Below are positions 20,408-48,849 of a stretch of DNA of 64,000 bases, one piece after another. A program made the position numbers and the translations under genes. Source of the stretch: the human T2T-CHM13v2.0 reference genome, Homo sapiens; the NCBI RefSeq assembly GCF_009914755.1, contig NC_060941.1; one strand, written 5' to 3'. The notes beneath the pieces are model-generated. The model made no database searches, was not told the origin of the DNA, and worked only from the letters and a program-made list of their open reading frames with translations. Positions within the stretch are counted from its first letter, which is position 1. Each line of letters begins with the position of its first letter.

Positions 20408-21356
20408 ATGCCTATAATTAACCTTCTCCTACTCATCATTCCTACTCTAATCACTATAGCATTCCTTACACTCACTGAACGGAAAATCTTAGGCTATATA
20501 CAACTACGCAAAGGACCTGACATTGTAGGTCCCTATGGACTGCTTCAACCATTCACTGATGCAGTAAAACTTCACCAAAGAACCCTTATGGCCCTCAACA
20601 TCTACTATTACCCTTTATATTATTGCTCCAACCCTGGCCCTTTCTATCATTGTCCTCTTGTGAGCTCCCCTCCCTATACCAGATCCTCTAATTAATTTTA
20701 ATATAGGCCTCCTATTTATACTAGCCACATCAAGCCTAGCCGTCTACTCTATTCTATGATCAGGATGAGCATCTAATTCAAATTATGCACTAATCGGCGC
20801 ATTACGAGCTGTGGCCCAGGCAATTTCATATGAGGTCACCCTAGCCATCATCCTGCTGTTAATTCTACTGATAAGTGGCTCATTTAACTTATATGCACTC
20901 ATCACAACACAAGAATTCCTCTGACTGCTCCTACCATCATGCCGCCTAGTCATAATATAATTTATCTCCCCACTAGCAGAAACTAACCGAGCCCCTTTTG
21001 ACCTAACAGAAGGAGAGTCAGAGTTAGTCTCGGGCTTCAACATTGAATATGCCACAGGTTCATTTGCCCTCTTCTTTATGGCAGAATACATGAATATTAT
21101 CTTAATAAGTGCCCTAACTACTACTATTTTCCTAGGAGCACTACACACTATATATTCACCAGAACTCTATACCACAAATTTCATTATCAAGACCCTCGTT
21201 CTAACCGCCCTGATTTTATGAATTCGAACAGCATACCCCTGACTGTGCTACAACCAACTCATATATCTCCTATGAAAAAACTTCCTACCACTTAAACTAG
21301 CATTCTGCATATGTTATATGGCCTGTCCTAATTTCCAGCATTCCACCTCAAACATA
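20408..21356 (+). pseudogene. MT-ND1: NUMT ND1 (frameshifted)
   Basis: [55 protein letters not shown], then a frameshift. Confidence 0.95.
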
Positions 21357-21563
21357 GGAAATATGTCTGACAAAAGAATTACTTTGATAGAGTAAATAAT
21401 AGAGGTTAAAATCCTCTTATTTCTAGAACTATAGGAATTGAACCTACCCCTGATAATCCAAAATTCTCCATGCCACCTATTACACCACATCCTAAAGTAA
21501 GGTCAGCTAAATAAGCTATCGGGCCCATACCCCAAAAATGTTGGTCATACCCTTCCCATACTA
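21357..21563. pseudogene. NUMT tRNA-Ile (+, 21357-21425), tRNA-Gln (-, 21423-21494), tRNA-Met (+, 21496-21563)
   Basis: IQM cluster, e.g. agtaaggtcagctaaataagctatcgggcccatacccc. Confidence 0.9.
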
Positions 21564-21697
21564 ATTAATCCATTAGCTTGGCCTTACTATTTTCACAGGA
21601 ACTCTTATCACAATGCTGGGCTCACACTGATTTCTCATCTGAACAGGCCTAGAAATAAACATACTAGCTTTTATACCAATCTTAATTTAAAAAAATA

Positions 21698-22015
<318 letters not shown>

Positions 22016-22329
22016 CTACAGAAGCAGCCACCAAATACCTCCTTACACAAGCAACCACATCTATAATTCTCATGATAGGTATCCTTTCCAATAACCTGTC
22101 CTCTGGACAATGAACAATAATAAACACTAGTAATCAATTTTCATCCTTAATAATAACAGTCCTAGTAATAAAACTAGGAATATCCCCCTTTCACTTGTGG
22201 GTCCCAACAGTAACCCAAGGAACCTCTCTAATGTCTGGCATACTTCTCCCCACATGACAAAAACTAGCGCCTATCTTGATTATGTTTCAAATTTTCCCAA
22301 CAATAAACTCGAACATCCTCCTATCATAA

Positions 22330-22625
<296 letters not shown>

Positions 22626-23197
22626 TATCTATCACAATCTTATCCATTATTGTGGGCGGTTGAGAACTTAAACACAACTGCGTAAAATCCTAGCCTACTC
22701 CTCAATTACTCACATAGGTTTAATAATAGCAGTACTAATTTATGACCCCAAAATTACCATTCTAAACCTGATTATTTACTTTATTTTAACAACTACTGCA
22801 TTTCTAGCACTCAACCTGAGTATAAGCACTGCAGTCCTGTCACTATCTCATGCCTGAAACAAATTAACATGATTAACACCTATAATTCCACTAATTCTAC
22901 TATCCCTAGGAGGTTTACCCTCATTAACAGGATTTTTGCCTAAATGAGCCATCATTCAAGAATTTACAAAAAACAATAGTCTTAATATCCTGATCATTAT
23001 AGCTACCATAACCCTACTCAACCTGTACGTTTACATATGCCTAATTTATTCCATCTCAGTGACAATATTCTCCACATCTAATAACATGAAAATAAAATGA
23101 CAATTTGAAAACACAAAACCCATACTACTCCTCCCCCCAGTTATCATTTCTTCTACCCTCCTCTTACCCATCTCTCCATTAACACTAACTATAACTT

Positions 23198-23581
23198 AGA
23201 AATTTAGGTTAAATAAGACTAAGGGCCTTCAAAGTCCTTAGTAAGTAAACTATACTTAATTTCTGTAACAGACCTAAGGACTGCAAGACTCTCTTCTGCA
23301 TCATTGAACGCAAATCAACCACTTTAATGAAGCTAAGCCCTGGCTAGGCTGGTGGAATTCAAACCCACGAAAATTTAGCTAACATCTAAACACCCTAATC
23401 AATTGGCTTCAATCTACTTCTCCCACTGTTGCGGGGAGAAAGGCGGGAGAAGCCCTGGCAGGATTGAAGCTGCTCCTTTGAATTTGCAATTCAACATGAG
23501 AAATCACTTCAGGGCTGGTAAAAAGAGGTCTTGACCTCTGTCTTTAGATTTACAGTCTCATGCTTACTCAGCCATTTTACC
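23198..23581. pseudogene. NUMT WANCY tRNA cluster with light-strand origin (OL about 23417-23452)
   Basis: agaaatttaggttaaa (W); taaggactgcaa (A); cttctccc...gggagaag hairpin (OL); ttgaatttgcaattcaa (C); ggtaaaaagagg...ccattttacc (Y). Confidence 0.9.
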
Positions 23582-23593
23582 TTTTTCCCACTT

Positions 23594-24082
23594 ATGTTCA
23601 TCAGTCGTTGATTGTTTTCAACTAACCACAAAGATATTGGAACACTATACCTGCTATTCAGCGCATGAGTGGGGATAGTGGGCACCACCTTAAGCCTTCT
23701 AATTCGAGCAGAATTAGGCCAACCAGGAACTTGGCTTGGAGATGATCAGATCTACAGTGTTATTGTTACCGCCCACGCAGTCATCATCATATTCTTTATG
23801 GTAATACCAATCATAATTGGAGGTTTCGGCAACTGGCTAGTCCCTCTAATAATTGGTGCACCCGATATGACATTTCCCTGGATAAATAATATGAGCTTCT
23901 GAGTTCTGCCCGTCTCTTTCCTACTCTTACTTGCATCCTCAACAGTAGAAGCCGGCGCTGGAACCCGCTGAACAGTTCATCCCCCTTTAGCAGGAAACTG
24001 AACACATGCAGGAGCCTCTGTAGATTTAACCATCTTCTCATTCCACTTGGCAGGTGTTTCTTCTGTTTTAGGGGCCATTAAT
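23594..24082 (+). pseudogene. MT-CO1: NUMT COX1, 5' fragment
   Basis: tcaactaaccacaaagatattggaac; [39 protein letters not shown]; ends at ggggccattaat. Confidence 0.95.
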
Positions 24083-24139
24083 AGTAGATGTACGAAAGTT
24101 GATTAAGGAATTTTTAGTATGTACTTATATGTATGTGGA
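24079..24139 (-). other. Inverted short mtDNA control-region fragment
   Basis: Reverse complement ccacatacatataag...tcaactttcgtacatctact resembles human HVS1 CCCCATGCTTACAAG...TCAACTATCACACATCAACT (recalled). Confidence 0.65.
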
Positions 24140-24159
24140 CTACATACATATAATAGCCA

Positions 24160-26180
<2,021 letters not shown>

Positions 26181-26324
26181 TAGGTCATTATTTATCTGAT
26201 AGAAATTCTAAGGAAAAGAGTAGGAGACTGGTGGAGATGTAGTACTCAGACATTTGACAGAAGACACTTGAAGTAAGACATGAATCTTAATATTCAAAAA
26301 TCTAATGAGCATTGTACTGGAGAT

Positions 26325-27180
<856 letters not shown>

Positions 27181-27623
27181 ACACACCACCAACAACAATA
27201 AAAACCAGAAGACAGTGAAATAATATCATCAGAATGCTAAGAGAATAGTGTTATTCCTTATTCAGCTATACTATTGTTCTCAAAAGAGGGCAAATTAAAA
27301 GACATTTTCCAGCAAATACTGAGAGGCATCACCATTTATTTATAGAGCATTCATGAAAAAAAAAAACACACTGATGTCCAAAACATGGCAACGAAATTGG
27401 TAAATATGGATATATTGAAACTCACTTTGAATTTAAATTTTAAAAAATAATAGGCTAATTCATACAGTACAAAAATAAAGTAGAAATAAAATATGTACAG
27501 CAATAAACGGTAAGATTGGGAGAAGATTCTGTTAGTTAAAGCCATCTAGATATTATCAGGGAAGAGGGTAGGATATAGTGATTGACAAAGTTTTTAAGTC
27601 AGGTATGCATGTTGCTATTTTAA

Positions 27624-28379
<756 letters not shown>

Positions 28380-29236
28380 AAACCAGTAGAAATCAAAAGG
28401 AAATTAAAAAAATCTAACATAAAGCAGTGAAAATGAAGATAAAAAGTAAAAAGAAGGCATTATAATAATACAAAATAAGATAGTAGAATTAAATCTCAAA
28501 TATGTATAATCACACTAAAGGAAAATACACAAAATTTCCCAAAGATAGACTCTCAAATCTCCCCTCCCTCACTTCCAATCTCTTTGCAGTGCTTTTTTGT
28601 CTCAGCCGTGTCCTGCTTTTTTACTTAACATTACCACACAAACATGTTTTTTATGTTTATAAAGGCACTTCCTGAAAATAATGTTAAAATCCGATTGTCT
28701 CTGTATAATCAGTAACTGTCACACTGTTCACCTAATTACTTCACTGTCATTGGACTTTTCATTTGTCTAGTTTTTCACTATCCCCTATAATTGATTCCCT
28801 GAATATCTTTACACAAAATTTGATCCTTGAGACTAGAATCCCAAATCAGAAACAAGTGTTTCAAAAAATCTTTGCTAGCTCAGTATATGAAAAATGGGTA
28901 CTTAATTTCAATTTTTTAAATTAGTGAGGTTGACTATATTTAACTAGTTTTTCTTTTAATCATCTTTTATCTGTTTATGTCTCTTGCCTGTTTATCAGTT
29001 TGGGGTTTATTTTTCTTTTGAATTTATATGAGTTCTTTATAACTAGAAGATTATTAGTTTTCTATCAGTTGTGTCTGTGACGAATTTTTCCTTTTTATTT
29101 TAAAATTTTATGTATTCTTAAAAATGTTTTATTATAAAAGCAAATTATATTAAGCAACACATAACACATTCTGAACACATAGCATAGTTCAGAAGTTAAC
29201 ACAACTGAAAGTGAGCACTTCTTCTATTTAGGCTAG

Positions 29237-33043
<3,807 letters not shown>

Positions 33044-33937
33044 TCAAGTTCTTAATCTTAACAATTTAATATATATTTTTATCAACTGAACTTAGGCTAG
33101 TTTTCAAAACAGTAATGAATTAGAAGGCTTTTGGGAGGATGCTGTTTCTAGTAGGAATGAGAAGTTAGAGCTGATGTACGAGTGATTAAAAGTGAACTTG
33201 AGAGCCCAAAGCTAAGTTGTCTGTACAACCCACGTTACCCTCGCAGCCCCTGGGGGCAGCATTGTATTGCAGGATCATGATAGGGGTCAAGAAGGTGGCC
33301 CCAAAGGTTGAGTGGTGGTCTATTTAAGAAGCAAATAAGCTTATAGCTTTAGATTTTCATAATCAATGATTAAAATTAAGCCTTTGCATTTGAAGGGGCC
33401 TCTTTCAATTTACCGGATAATCAGACATATGGAATGTTTCACCCATCCCACCAAAAACGAGGTATTGTCGTGGAGTCAGATTTCATCAATGTCTGGGGTT
33501 CCTACAGTGTGCCAGGCGCGGTTCTAAATGCTTTTTCACATGGGTCATTTAATTTTTACAAATTATTTGTATACTAACGTTTATACTAAGTTAAATCTTA
33601 CTTTGTATAATGTAGCTAAGTTGAATTGTCTTGATAGTGTGTGTGTAGCCAATAAAGGGGGTGTGTTGCCCTCAAATCCAGCTTCATTACGAGGTTCTGC
33701 TGTGATGAATGTGGTACAGGGAGCCGTCAGGGCAACTGTCATGCTTCCTTACCTGCAAAGAAATCGGATGTCACATGGCTAAGCAATTTGTCCACAGTCA
33801 CACAGCTAGGATGTAAGAGAGCCAGTTCTAGAACTCAGCTCTCCGGGTCTGTCCTGTTTCCATTTAGTTAGACGCTAGTGCACTAATACTCCAATGTTCA
33901 GGCTTTACGACTGTGATTTATGCTTCTTAATTCTCAG

Positions 33938-34046
33938 GTACCCCTGGGCCTTGGAGTTGCAGCCAGCATCCGAGTGGGCAATGCTCTGGGGGAAGGGAAT
34001 GTAGAGGAGGCTTGGTGCTCCTGCACCACAGTTCTCCTGTGTGCTG
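33938..34046 (+). pseudogene. MATE pseudogene exon 11
   Basis: tctcag|VPLGLGVAASIRVGNALGEGNVEEAWCSCTTVLLCA|gtgagt, 109 nt; contains the RVGNALG MATE motif. Confidence 0.93.
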
Positions 34047-34281
34047 GTGAGTCAAGCATTCTACTCCCTGGCATCTGTGCTGAACTTAGTGTGCTAAGTT
34101 AAAATCTATGTATCAGAATTTCTCTAGGAATTGAATCATATATATATATTCAACTAAAACATCTATTCTTTATGCTCTTTCAAATTTACAAAGTTAAATA
34201 AAGCTTTTAATTATGATTTTCTGTTAATGATAAACCAACTAAATAATGTTACACTTGGTTCTACTGAAATAATTCTAAAGA

Positions 34282-34493
34282 CCAGGTTCAAGCAATTCTC
34301 TTGCCTCAGTCTCCCAAGTAGCTGGGATTACAGGCACGTGCCACCACACCCAGCTAATTTTTGCATTTTTAGTAGAGATGGGGTTTCACCATGTTGGCCA
34401 GGCTGGTCTTGAACTCCTGACCTCAGGTGATCTGCCTGCCTCGGCCTCCCAAAGTGCTGAGATTATAGATGTGAGCCACCACGCCTGGCCCAG
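34282..34493 (-). mobile_element. AluS lacking its 3' end and tail
   Basis: Begins abruptly at ccaggttcaagcaattctc. Confidence 0.88.
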
Positions 34494-34579
34494 TTTTATT
34501 ATTTTCAAGTGTGCTTTCCTAGTGTCATCTGACCTCACTGATTTTAGACCAATGCCTAAACGTATTCTTATAAAATCTC

Positions 34580-41800
<7,221 letters not shown>

Positions 41801-41820
41801 ATTTAACATTTGTATTTTTG

Positions 41821-42301
41821 TTTTTGTTTTTTTAATGTTGAAAATGTATTTTATTTTTCTATTTTTAAAATATGTTTTTATTTCAATAGCTTTCAGGGTA
41901 CAAGTGGTTTTTGGTTACACAGATAAACTGTGTAGTAGTGAAGTCTGAGATTTTAGTGTACCCATCACCTGAGTAGTATACATTGTACCCAATATGTAGT
42001 TATTTTATCCCTATCCCACCCCCAGCTTTTGAGTCTCCAGTGCCCATTATTTCTGTATGCCTTTGCATACTCACATAGCTTAGCTCCCAGTTAAGAGTAA
42101 GAACATACAGTATTTGGTTTTCCATTCCTGAGTTACTTCACTTAGAATAATGGCCTCCAGCTCCATCCAAGTTGCTGCAAAAGACATTATTTCATTATTT
42201 CTTTTGTATGGCTTGTATTCTATGGTGTATATATACCATATTTTCTTTATTCACTCATTGATTGATGGGCACTTAGTTGGTTCCATATCTTTGCAATTGT
42301 G
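41821..42301 (-). mobile_element. 5'-truncated L1PB-like 3' end
   Basis: agaacatacagtatttggttttccattcctgagttacttcacttagaataatggcctccagctccatcc; TSD aacatttgtatttttg at 41805-41820 and 42318-42333. Confidence 0.85.
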
Positions 42302-43022
42302 AACATTTGTTTTTGTGAACATTTGTATTTTTGAGTGAAAGACTGTGTTGCCATGTTGATTGGTGGAGACAGTGCAGACGTTAGGTAACTTTGCAGTTCT
42401 GTAGGTCTGTTCCAAAGAGGTCACTCTTCTGAGTCAGAGGATGTCCTGTAGGCTCTGTCTAAATTGGTGGTACCTGTTGACCAGCGGGCTTCCCTGTAGG
42501 ATAAGTGGGAGAGGGCACTGGGCCTGTTTCATGTGTTTACCCACTCTAGATCCATCTCACGGGTCTCTAGTTACCTCTGCTGTGTCCCTCTCCAGAGCCC
42601 CAGCATCTTTCTGCAGAGCTCCCCAGGCAGATCTTCCACCATAACTGAACAGAGTTCAGGGGCTCCCTGAGGAAGCAAATGCTTCCTATGTGAATACTGG
42701 CCTTCAACTCCATTTTTAAGGACGATTCCCACACCCAGGCTGAAACCTGAATCGAGTTCTTCCCAATCCCCACATTTATATATCCAGATAAAGTTTTCAG
42801 AATTATCTTCTATAGTGGCAGCCTTGTCCATTTTAACCTAAATTCTATATAATAATAAATTTTAAATCAGTGAGGTTTTATTATGTACTAACTTTATAAA
42901 AAAAGAAATGTACTGTTTTGACTGAATTTATTGATAAATTTGTCAGGTTTGTCAGATCAGTAGTTAATACCCCACTTTAATGTGATTTTTAGATCACTAA
43001 CTACTTTCTTTTCCTCTAACAG

Positions 43023-43092
43023 AGATATTACTTCCCTTGTGAGCCAAGTGATACCTATTTTTGCCCCTTTTCATCTATTTGATGCACTTGCA
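43023..43092 (+). pseudogene. MATE pseudogene exon 13
   Basis: taacag|DITSLVSQVIPIFAPFHLFDALA|gtgagt, 70 nt. Confidence 0.92.
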
Positions 43093-43990
43093 GTGAGTAT
43101 TTGGAGTGATTTTACTCTAATAAAGATAGCAAAATTTGTTTTGTGTTTCTAGCTTTTTAATTAGAAATTAAAGGTCGGTGATTTTATTTTTAAAAAGAGA
43201 AAGCTCTTGCTTTAGACAGTGTGAGTCACTTGGGGGAAGATGGTTTATTAAAGAGTGTAGCCTCTCAAGGTGGAGAAGAGGCTTGTGAGCCAAGTGAGTT
43301 CTCCCCTCCTCTATCTTCATCTGGTGCCTGAATGCCAGGTGTTGTATCCAAGTGGTGAGGTGACCTTTGCTTGAACCCTCCACTGCAGGCCACGCCACCT
43401 TTGAGTTGACTCTGACCACTAGAAAGTCCCTGTCTAGGCTGATCTGTGGGTGTACAAGGGTTTGAAGACCTGCTCTACCCCAGAATCAGCCCATCCGGCT
43501 TCTTCCCAGTTTGAGTTTTTTCCTCATGACATGATTTCTAGGCATTAGTCATCTTTTTTTCCATGGAATTTCTTGCACTTTGTCCATGTCATCCTGAAGA
43601 TGTGGCACCCATTGAAACTGTGGTAAGAAGTGTGGATGAGAAGCCTGCAATGGCGTTAATGTTTCTCAGCCATGATATTAGGCTAACTTTTGAAGAGATG
43701 CCATTGATGAAACCTCTACATCTTTTTTTAACTTACAAAATGTTTTTAAATAGTCAAGATAAAGAGTTAGAGATTTAAGTCATGTTATGATAGGTTTCTG
43801 ATGAAAGGAGCTGCGGTTTTTTATTGCTGTTGTTGTTAATATAACTTTAGAAACAAAAGATTTCCTTTTTCTCTTACATAATGTGCTGTGCCTGTTTTGA
43901 GTTAGGGCCATTTGACTGTATCCATATTTCTGAGCCTTGTGATGATGACAGACTTGACAGCAACATTGGGTTTGGTTTTCCTCTCCATAG

Positions 43991-44123
43991 GGCGCCTGTG
44001 GTGGAGTCCTGAGAGGTACAGGAAAACAAAACATTGGCGCTATCTTGAATGCCATTGGGTACTATGTCTTTGGTTTTCCCATTGGAGTATCTCTGATGTT
44101 TGCCACTAAACTCAGGATAATAG
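43991..44123 (+). pseudogene. MATE pseudogene exon 14
   Basis: ccatag|GACGGVLRGTGKQNIGAILNAIGYYVFGFPIGVSLMFATKLRII|gtatgt, 133 nt; contains the GVLRGxGxQ MATE motif. Confidence 0.94.
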
Positions 44124-44618
44124 GTATGTGTTTGAGTCCTGTGACTTGTCTCAAATCTCACTTGTCATATTAAGATAAACTGCTTGAGATATAAAACAAT
44201 TGACTCCAGCCCCACTGGAAACAAGAAAACAAAATAACTCTTAAAAAAAAGCAATCAACTAGAAAGTTGCCCTTGTGTTAATAGGAAAAATTATTTTCTC
44301 CCCCAATATTTATTGGGTGCCTCCTCCACACAAATACACTGGAAATGCAATGGCAAACAAAATAAACATGGTCCTGCCCTCTGAATGAGGGCCAGATTCA
44401 ATACTTATTTATACAATTGTCAATACCTGTTGGTTAAGCATTGCAAAAGAGAAGAAGAGGGCACTGCTCTTCTCTTTTTTCCGGCATAATGCCTCTAGTA
44501 GTACAATAAGTTGTGGTAAAAGTGGAAATTCTTGTCTTATTCATTACTTTAGTGATAGTGCTGCCAGTGTTCCTCTACTAAATGGTATGCTGGATTTGAG
44601 GTTGAAATACACGCACAC

Positions 44619-45015
<397 letters not shown>

Positions 45016-45175
45016 TTATTGAAACAAAAATAGTTGAGCATTTTGCCAGATGCCTTTTTAGTGCTATCAGAAATGATTCTATAATTTTTCTCCTTAGGTC
45101 TATCATGAAGATAAATACTATTAAATTGGTGTCCTCATATTGAACTATCCTGATTATGATATCTTGTTTTTTATT

Positions 45176-47916
45176 GAACTGCTACACTTTTTTTTTTTAT
45201 TTTTTTTTATTTTTTTTGTTTAATTTTTATAATATATTTTATTTAACCCAATATATCCAAAATCATTTCTTTTTTTTTTAATTTATTTTTTTATTGATAA
45301 TTCTTGGGTGTTTCTCACAGAGGGGGATTTGGCAGGGTCATGGGACAATAGTGGAGGGAAGGTCAGCAGATAAACAAGTGAACAAAGGTCTCTGGTTTTC
45401 CTAGGCAGAGGACCCTGCGGCCTTCCGCAGTGTTTGTGTCCCTGATTACTTGAGATTAGGGATTGGTGATGACTCTTAACGAGCATGCTGCCTTCAAGCA
45501 TCTGTTTAACAAAGCACATCTTGCACCGCCCTTAATCCATTTAACCCTGAGTGGACACAGCACATGTTTCAGAGAGCACAGGGTTGGGGGTAAGGTCACA
45601 GATCAACAGGATCCCAAGACAGAGGAATTTTTCTTAGTGCAGAACAAAATGAAAAGTCTCCCATGTCTACTTCTTTCTACACAGACACGGCAACCATCCG
45701 ATTTCTCAATCTTTTCCCCGCCTTTCCCGCCTTTCTATTCCACAAAGCCGCCATTGTCATCCTGGCCCGTTCTCAATGAGCTGTTGGGCACACCTCCCAG
45801 ACGGGGTGGTGGCTGGGCAGAGGCGCCCCTCACCTCCCGGACGGGGCGGCTGGGCGGGTGGGGGGGGCTGACCCCCCCCACCTCCCTCCCGGACGGGGCG
45901 GCTGGCCGGGCGGGGGGCTGACACCCCCACCTCCCTCCCGGACGGGGCGGCTGGCCGGGCAGAGGGGCTCCTCACTTCCCAGTAGGGGCGGCCGGGCAGA
46001 GGCGCCCCTCACCTCCCTGACGGGGCGGCTGGCCGGGCGGGGGGGCTGACCCCCCCACCTCCCTCCCGGACGGGGCGGCTGGCCGGGCAGAGGGGCTCCT
46101 CACTTCCCAGTAGGGGCAGCCGGGCAGAGGCGCCCCTCACCTCCCGGACGGGGCCACTGGCCGGGCAGGGGGGCTGACCCCCCCCACCTCCCTCCCGGAC
46201 GGGGCGGCTGGCCGGGTGGGGGGCTGACCCCCCCACCTCCCTCCCGGACGAGGCGGCTGGCCGGGCGTGGGGCTGACACCCCCACCTCCCTCCTGGACAG
46301 GGCGGCTGGCCGGGTGGGGGGCTGACCCCCCCACCTCCCTCCCGGATGGGGCGGCTGGCCGGGCGGGGGGCCGACCCCCCCACCTCCCTCCCGGACGGGG
46401 CGGCTGGCCGGGCAGAGGGGCTCCTCACTTCCCAGTAGGGGCGGCCGGGCAGAGGCGCCCCTCAACTCCCAGACGGGGCGGCTGGCCGGGCGGAGGGCTG
46501 ACCCCCCCACCTCCCTCCCAGACAGGGCGGCTGGCCGGGCGGGGGGCTGACCCCCCCACCTCCCTCCCGGACGGGGCGGCTGGCCGGGCAGAGGGGCTCC
46601 TCACTTCCCAGTAGGGGCGGCCGGGCAGAGGCGCCCCTCACCTCCCAGACGGGGCGGCTGGCCGGGCGGGGCGCTGACCCCCCCCACCTCCCTCCCGGAC
46701 GGGGCGGCTGGCCGGGTGGGGGGGCTGACCCCCCCATCTCCCTCCCGGACTGGGTGGCTGGCCGGGCTGAGGGGCTCCTCACTTCCCAGTAGGGGCGGCC
46801 GGGCAGAGGTGCCCCTCACCTCCCGGACGGGGCGGCTGGCCGGGCGGGGGGCTGACCCCCCCACCTCCCTCCCGGACGGCACGGCTGGCCGGGCGGGGGG
46901 GCTGACCCCCCACCTCCCTCCCGGATGGGGCGGCTGGCCGGGCGGGGGGCTGACCCCCCCCACCTCCCTCCCGGACGGGGTGGCTGCCGGGCGGAGACGC
47001 TCCTCACTTCCCAGATGGGGTGGCTGCCGGGCGGAGAGGCTCCTCACTTCTCAGACGGGGCAGCTGCCGGGCGGAGGGGCTCCTCACTTCTCAGACGGGG
47101 TGGTTGCCAGGCAGAGGGTCTCCTCACTTCTCAGACGGGGCGGCCGGGCAGAGACGCTCCTCACCTCCCAGACGGGGTCTCGGCCGGGCAGAGGCGCTCC
47201 TCACATCCCAGATGGGGCGGCGGGGCAGAGGCGCTCCCCACATCTCAGACGATGGGCGGCCGGGCAGAGAGGCTCCTCACTTCCTAGATGTGATGGCGGC
47301 TGGGAAGAGGCGCTCCTCACTTCCTAGATGGGATGGCGGCCGGGCAGAGACGCTCCTCACTTTCCAGACTGGGCAGCCAGGCAGAGGGGCTCCTCACATC
47401 CCAGACGATGGGCGGCCAGGCAGAGACACTCCTCACTTCCCAGACGGGGTGGCGGCCGGGCAGAGGCTGCAATCTCGGCACTTTGGGAGGCCAAGGCAGG
47501 CGGCTGGGAGGTGTAGGTTGTAGTGAGCCGAGATCACGCCACTGCACTCCAGCCTGGGCACCATTGAGCACTGAGTGAACGAGACTCCGTCTGCAATCCC
47601 GGCACCTCGGGAGGCCGAGGTTGGCGGATCACTCGCGGTTAGGGGCTGGAGACCGGCCCGGCCAACACAGCGAAACCCCGTCTCCACCAAAACCAGTCAG
47701 GCGTGGCGGCGCGTGCCTGCAATCGCAGGCATTCGGCAGACTGAGGCAGGAGAATCAGGCAGGGAGGTTGCAGTGAGCCGAGATGGCAGCAGTACAGTCC
47801 AGCTTCGGCTCCGCATGAGAGGGAGACCATGGGGAGAGGGAGAGGGAGAGGGACAGGGAGAGGGACAGGGAGAGGGAGAGGGAGAGGGAGAGGGAGAGGG
47901 AACTGCTACACTTTTT
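45176..47916 (-). mobile_element. Full-length SVA retrotransposon, probably a young SVA_E/F-type, with TSDs and a short 3' transduction
   Basis: (CCCTCT)n at about 47831-47900, Alu-like domain, GC-rich VNTR at about 45790-47460, SINE-R at about 45290-45790, poly(A); TSD gaactgctacacttttt at 45176-45192 and 47900-47916. Confidence 0.97.
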
Positions 47917-48849
47917 AAATATTTTATTAAAAAATTTTGCACTAAAATTTATAAGTAAGATTGGTCTGTAATTGTATTTTTTGTGTATCTTTGTTAGGTT
48001 TTGATATTAATGATATTAATGTTATACTCACTTCTTAAAGATAATTAAAAATTTTACCTTTTTGTATGCCTCAGGACAATTTAAGTAGTATAAGAATTCT
48101 CTGTTTTATAAAGGTTTGGTGTAATTCTTCCATGAAACTGCCATGACCTGGCATTTTGAAGTAGTTTATTCTTTGTACAGCTTTCTCAATTTCTTCTCAG
48201 TCTATTAAGACTTTCTTTTATTGTGTCAACATGGGTAAGTTATATTTTTTAAGGAAATTATCCACTTTATTGAGGTTCTAAATGTAAAGAATTGTGCAAA
48301 TTAACTTATGTGCTTTTGGGATAAGTTGTTATATATGTGTTTTGCATATATGTCCACATCTTCATTTTCTACAGATTTAGCAACAATGAATTTCATTTTG
48401 TTTTTAAAAAGTCTAACTAGAAAATGGAATGAGTCCTGTAATATGTACTCAAATAACTCCTTTTGTTCTGTATCCAACCAGTGCATTACTTTTACTAGGT
48501 AAAAACTCTGATTCTGTCACCATTTCTTTGTGAAGTATTAGTCTTACAGCTGTCACAAGAACTTTGTGTCAACACAAACACAGCGGCTGTTTCTTATCGT
48601 CTTTTTGGAAATGTCATCTGGTGGATTAATGAGTAAGTGTCTTCTGTGTCATCTCCCACTTAAATGACTGGTACAGGCTGGGACCATAGGATATTTTATT
48701 TCAAGCTGGAATTCGTCATTATTTATTTGGGGACAGAACAGCCATATTTATTACTGTCTCTTCTCTACCAAGCACTCTTGGATTCCCAATACTATTTTCC
48801 ATCCCGTGGTTGGACGGATTGTTTTCAAGGCAAGCTTTTGAAAGCATCA

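Noticed and set aside
45283-47958. Many overlapping Pro/Gly/Arg-rich ORFs
   Set aside because: Translations of the SVA VNTR, Alu-like and SINE-R domains.
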